A stretch of 64,000 bases of DNA from Phyllobates terribilis (Eukaryota): NCBI RefSeq assembly GCF_046119375.1, contig NW_027362765.1:379812001-379876000 (forward strand), written 5' to 3'. The notes under the pieces are model-generated. The model had not been told where the DNA came from, searched no databases, and worked only from the letters and a program-made list of their open reading frames with translations. Shown here in pieces: positions 62,407 to 64,000 of this stretch. Both the position numbers and the translations under genes were made by a program. The stretch's first letter is position 1. Every line of letters starts with the position of its first letter.

Positions 62407-63230
62407 TATTCTAAGGCAAACAAAAAAAGAAAGGACNNNNNNNNNNNNNNNNNNNNNNNNNNNNNNNNNNNNNNNNNNNNNNNNNNNNNNNNNNNNNNNN
62501 NNNNNNNNNNNNNNNNNNNNNNNNNNNNNNNNNNNNNNNNNNNNNNNNNNNNNNNNNNNNNNNNNNNNNNNNNNNNAGTTAAACATTATATATATAGTTT
62601 AAATCACATATTTTTTTCCTGTGCCAAAATAAGAAAAAAACATATTTAATGTGATCATGTCTGTAAAAGTCGGATCTATAAAATTATTTTTTTTACCCAC
62701 AAAGGTACCAATAAAAATGTCAATCGGTGCACATACAACAAGCCCTCATACAGCTCTATCGGCAGAAAAATAAAAACTATGATCTCAGAAAATGGCGATG
62801 AGAGCAAAATATATATATTTTTTTTTACAATGCTCTGAAATTTGTCTAGCCATTAAAAAAAAAAAAAAAATTCTATATATTTTTTACAAGTTTGATGTCG
62901 TTATAATCGGACTGATCTGCAGATTTATATTGTCAGTTCATTTTTACCACAAAAAAAATGCCATACAAACAAAACCCAAGTACAAATAGTGGGAATTACA
63001 GTTTTTTTTTCCACCACTTCCCTCACTTGGAAGTATTTCTTGTATTTTTTTTAAAGTACATGATATGGTAAAACGAATGGCGTCAATCAAAACTACAACA
63101 ACAACAAAAAAAACAAGCCCTCATACAGCCATGTGGATGGAAAAATAAAAATGTAATGGCTCTTGGAAAAAGGAGAGGTAAAAAAACAAAAGAGCGAAAA
63201 TGAAAAATCACCCCAGTGGGAAAGAGTTAA
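62100..63230. mobile_element. Fragment of an AT-rich TTAA-terminated non-autonomous DNA element
   Basis: Internal direct repeat aacaagccctcatacagc at about 62737 and 63113; ends gggaaagagttaa. Related AT-rich pieces at about 33.5-34.1 kb and 47.2-47.7 kb. Confidence 0.45.
62437..62576. other. Assembly gap (140 N)
   Basis: N run. Confidence 0.95.
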
Positions 63231-63816
63231 ATCTTTGTTGCAGGGGGGCAGCTTGGCACAAAGAGTCTCATTTTGTTCTCAAAATGTGGCAATATATGAC
63301 AAATTGACAAATCTGAAGAATGCACCTACTGATCCGCAATAGGAAAGTGTCTACTACTTTCTAGGAGGAATAGCGCCCCTCTTGATCAGAGGCTATGTCT
63401 GGTATTACCATTCAGGTGAATTTTGCAATACCAAACAGGGCCTATGGAGATGAGTGATTCTAGAAGGAAGCAGCCATATTTTTCTAATCCCATATAATTT
63501 ATGATGAGCAAATTGATTCACAAAACCCTTGCCCAGTGGCCGCGTCGGTGGTATGTGGCTGTCGGTTGGGAGTCCAGTGAGCCGTCTCCTACCTGCTGGA
63601 ATCCACTGCGCCTTTTATGAATAGGAGACCAGCCGCGATGTCATGACGGAACGGTGACATTGCGAAGGGCCTACAAAGAGGTTCTGGGGCAGTACTCCCA
63701 AGGTCCGCAAATCAATCAGCTCATCTCTATATACAAGTCCTTTAGTCATGTCATTCCTAGGAGAATGGTGCGGGTCCTATGGTCAAGTACCACAAAGCTG
63801 ATTAATTTACAATATA

Positions 63817-64000
63817 TTTATTAATCTCTGTATTTATCATCTGTATCTATACGTTTTGGGGACATTGTTGGTTCCTCATGTCTCCCTATGGTTATGCTCC
63901 ATTGCTGGATGTGTTGCTGTTCTCGGTGTCTTTCCTCTTATGAAGAAAATCTGACACAACTGTGAGCCGAGGATTCTTCCCCTTTATATGAATCGACACC
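63817..64000 (-). other. Candidate 3'-terminal exon of an unidentified minus-strand gene entering from the right edge
   Basis: Open frame VSIHIKGKNPRLTVVSDFLHKRKDTENSNTSSNGA ending in TAA at 63894-63892, followed about 70 nt later by AATAAA at 63822-63817. Confidence 0.3.

Noticed and set aside
1-64000. rRNA, tRNA or snoRNA genes
   Set aside because: None recognised by eye. The only tRNA-related sequence is the primer-binding site at 19076. An Infernal/Rfam and tRNAscan-SE run would be needed to exclude small RNAs.

Overview
This is vertebrate genomic DNA, most likely from a frog, inferred from the repeat families and the dense TTAA-type and Harbinger-type MITEs. It is not prokaryotic, so most entries in the six-frame ORF track are artefacts of repeats. 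Two host genes are supported, both on the minus strand. The first is the 5' end of CHD4 (first coding exon 1356-1509, probable non-coding exon 1 ending at 2494, CpG island). The second is an intact single-coding-exon LPAR5 GPCR (36051-37166). These two genes are also neighbours in human 12p13. A possible 3'-terminal exon of a third minus-strand gene enters at the right edge. About a third of the window is tandem repeat, including a 6.7 kb 37/38-bp array, a 1.9 kb 51-bp array, a 10.5 kb 39/41-bp array and a telomere-like CCCTAA array. The rest is mostly transposon debris: a SCAN-domain Gmr1-like LTR retrotransposon relic, 3-4 solo LTRs with target-site duplications, Tc1 relics at four loci, an L2 fragment and many palindromic MITEs. 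I found no confidently novel protein-coding system. The most unusual unexplained structure is a pair of inverted arrays of a GACATCCCATAAT motif with variable spacers, one abutting the CHD4 start. Also notable are three minisatellites that can be traced to transposon sequence, and a candidate upstream exon that would splice in frame onto LPAR5. Boundaries were read by eye and are approximate unless a TSD or splice site is quoted.
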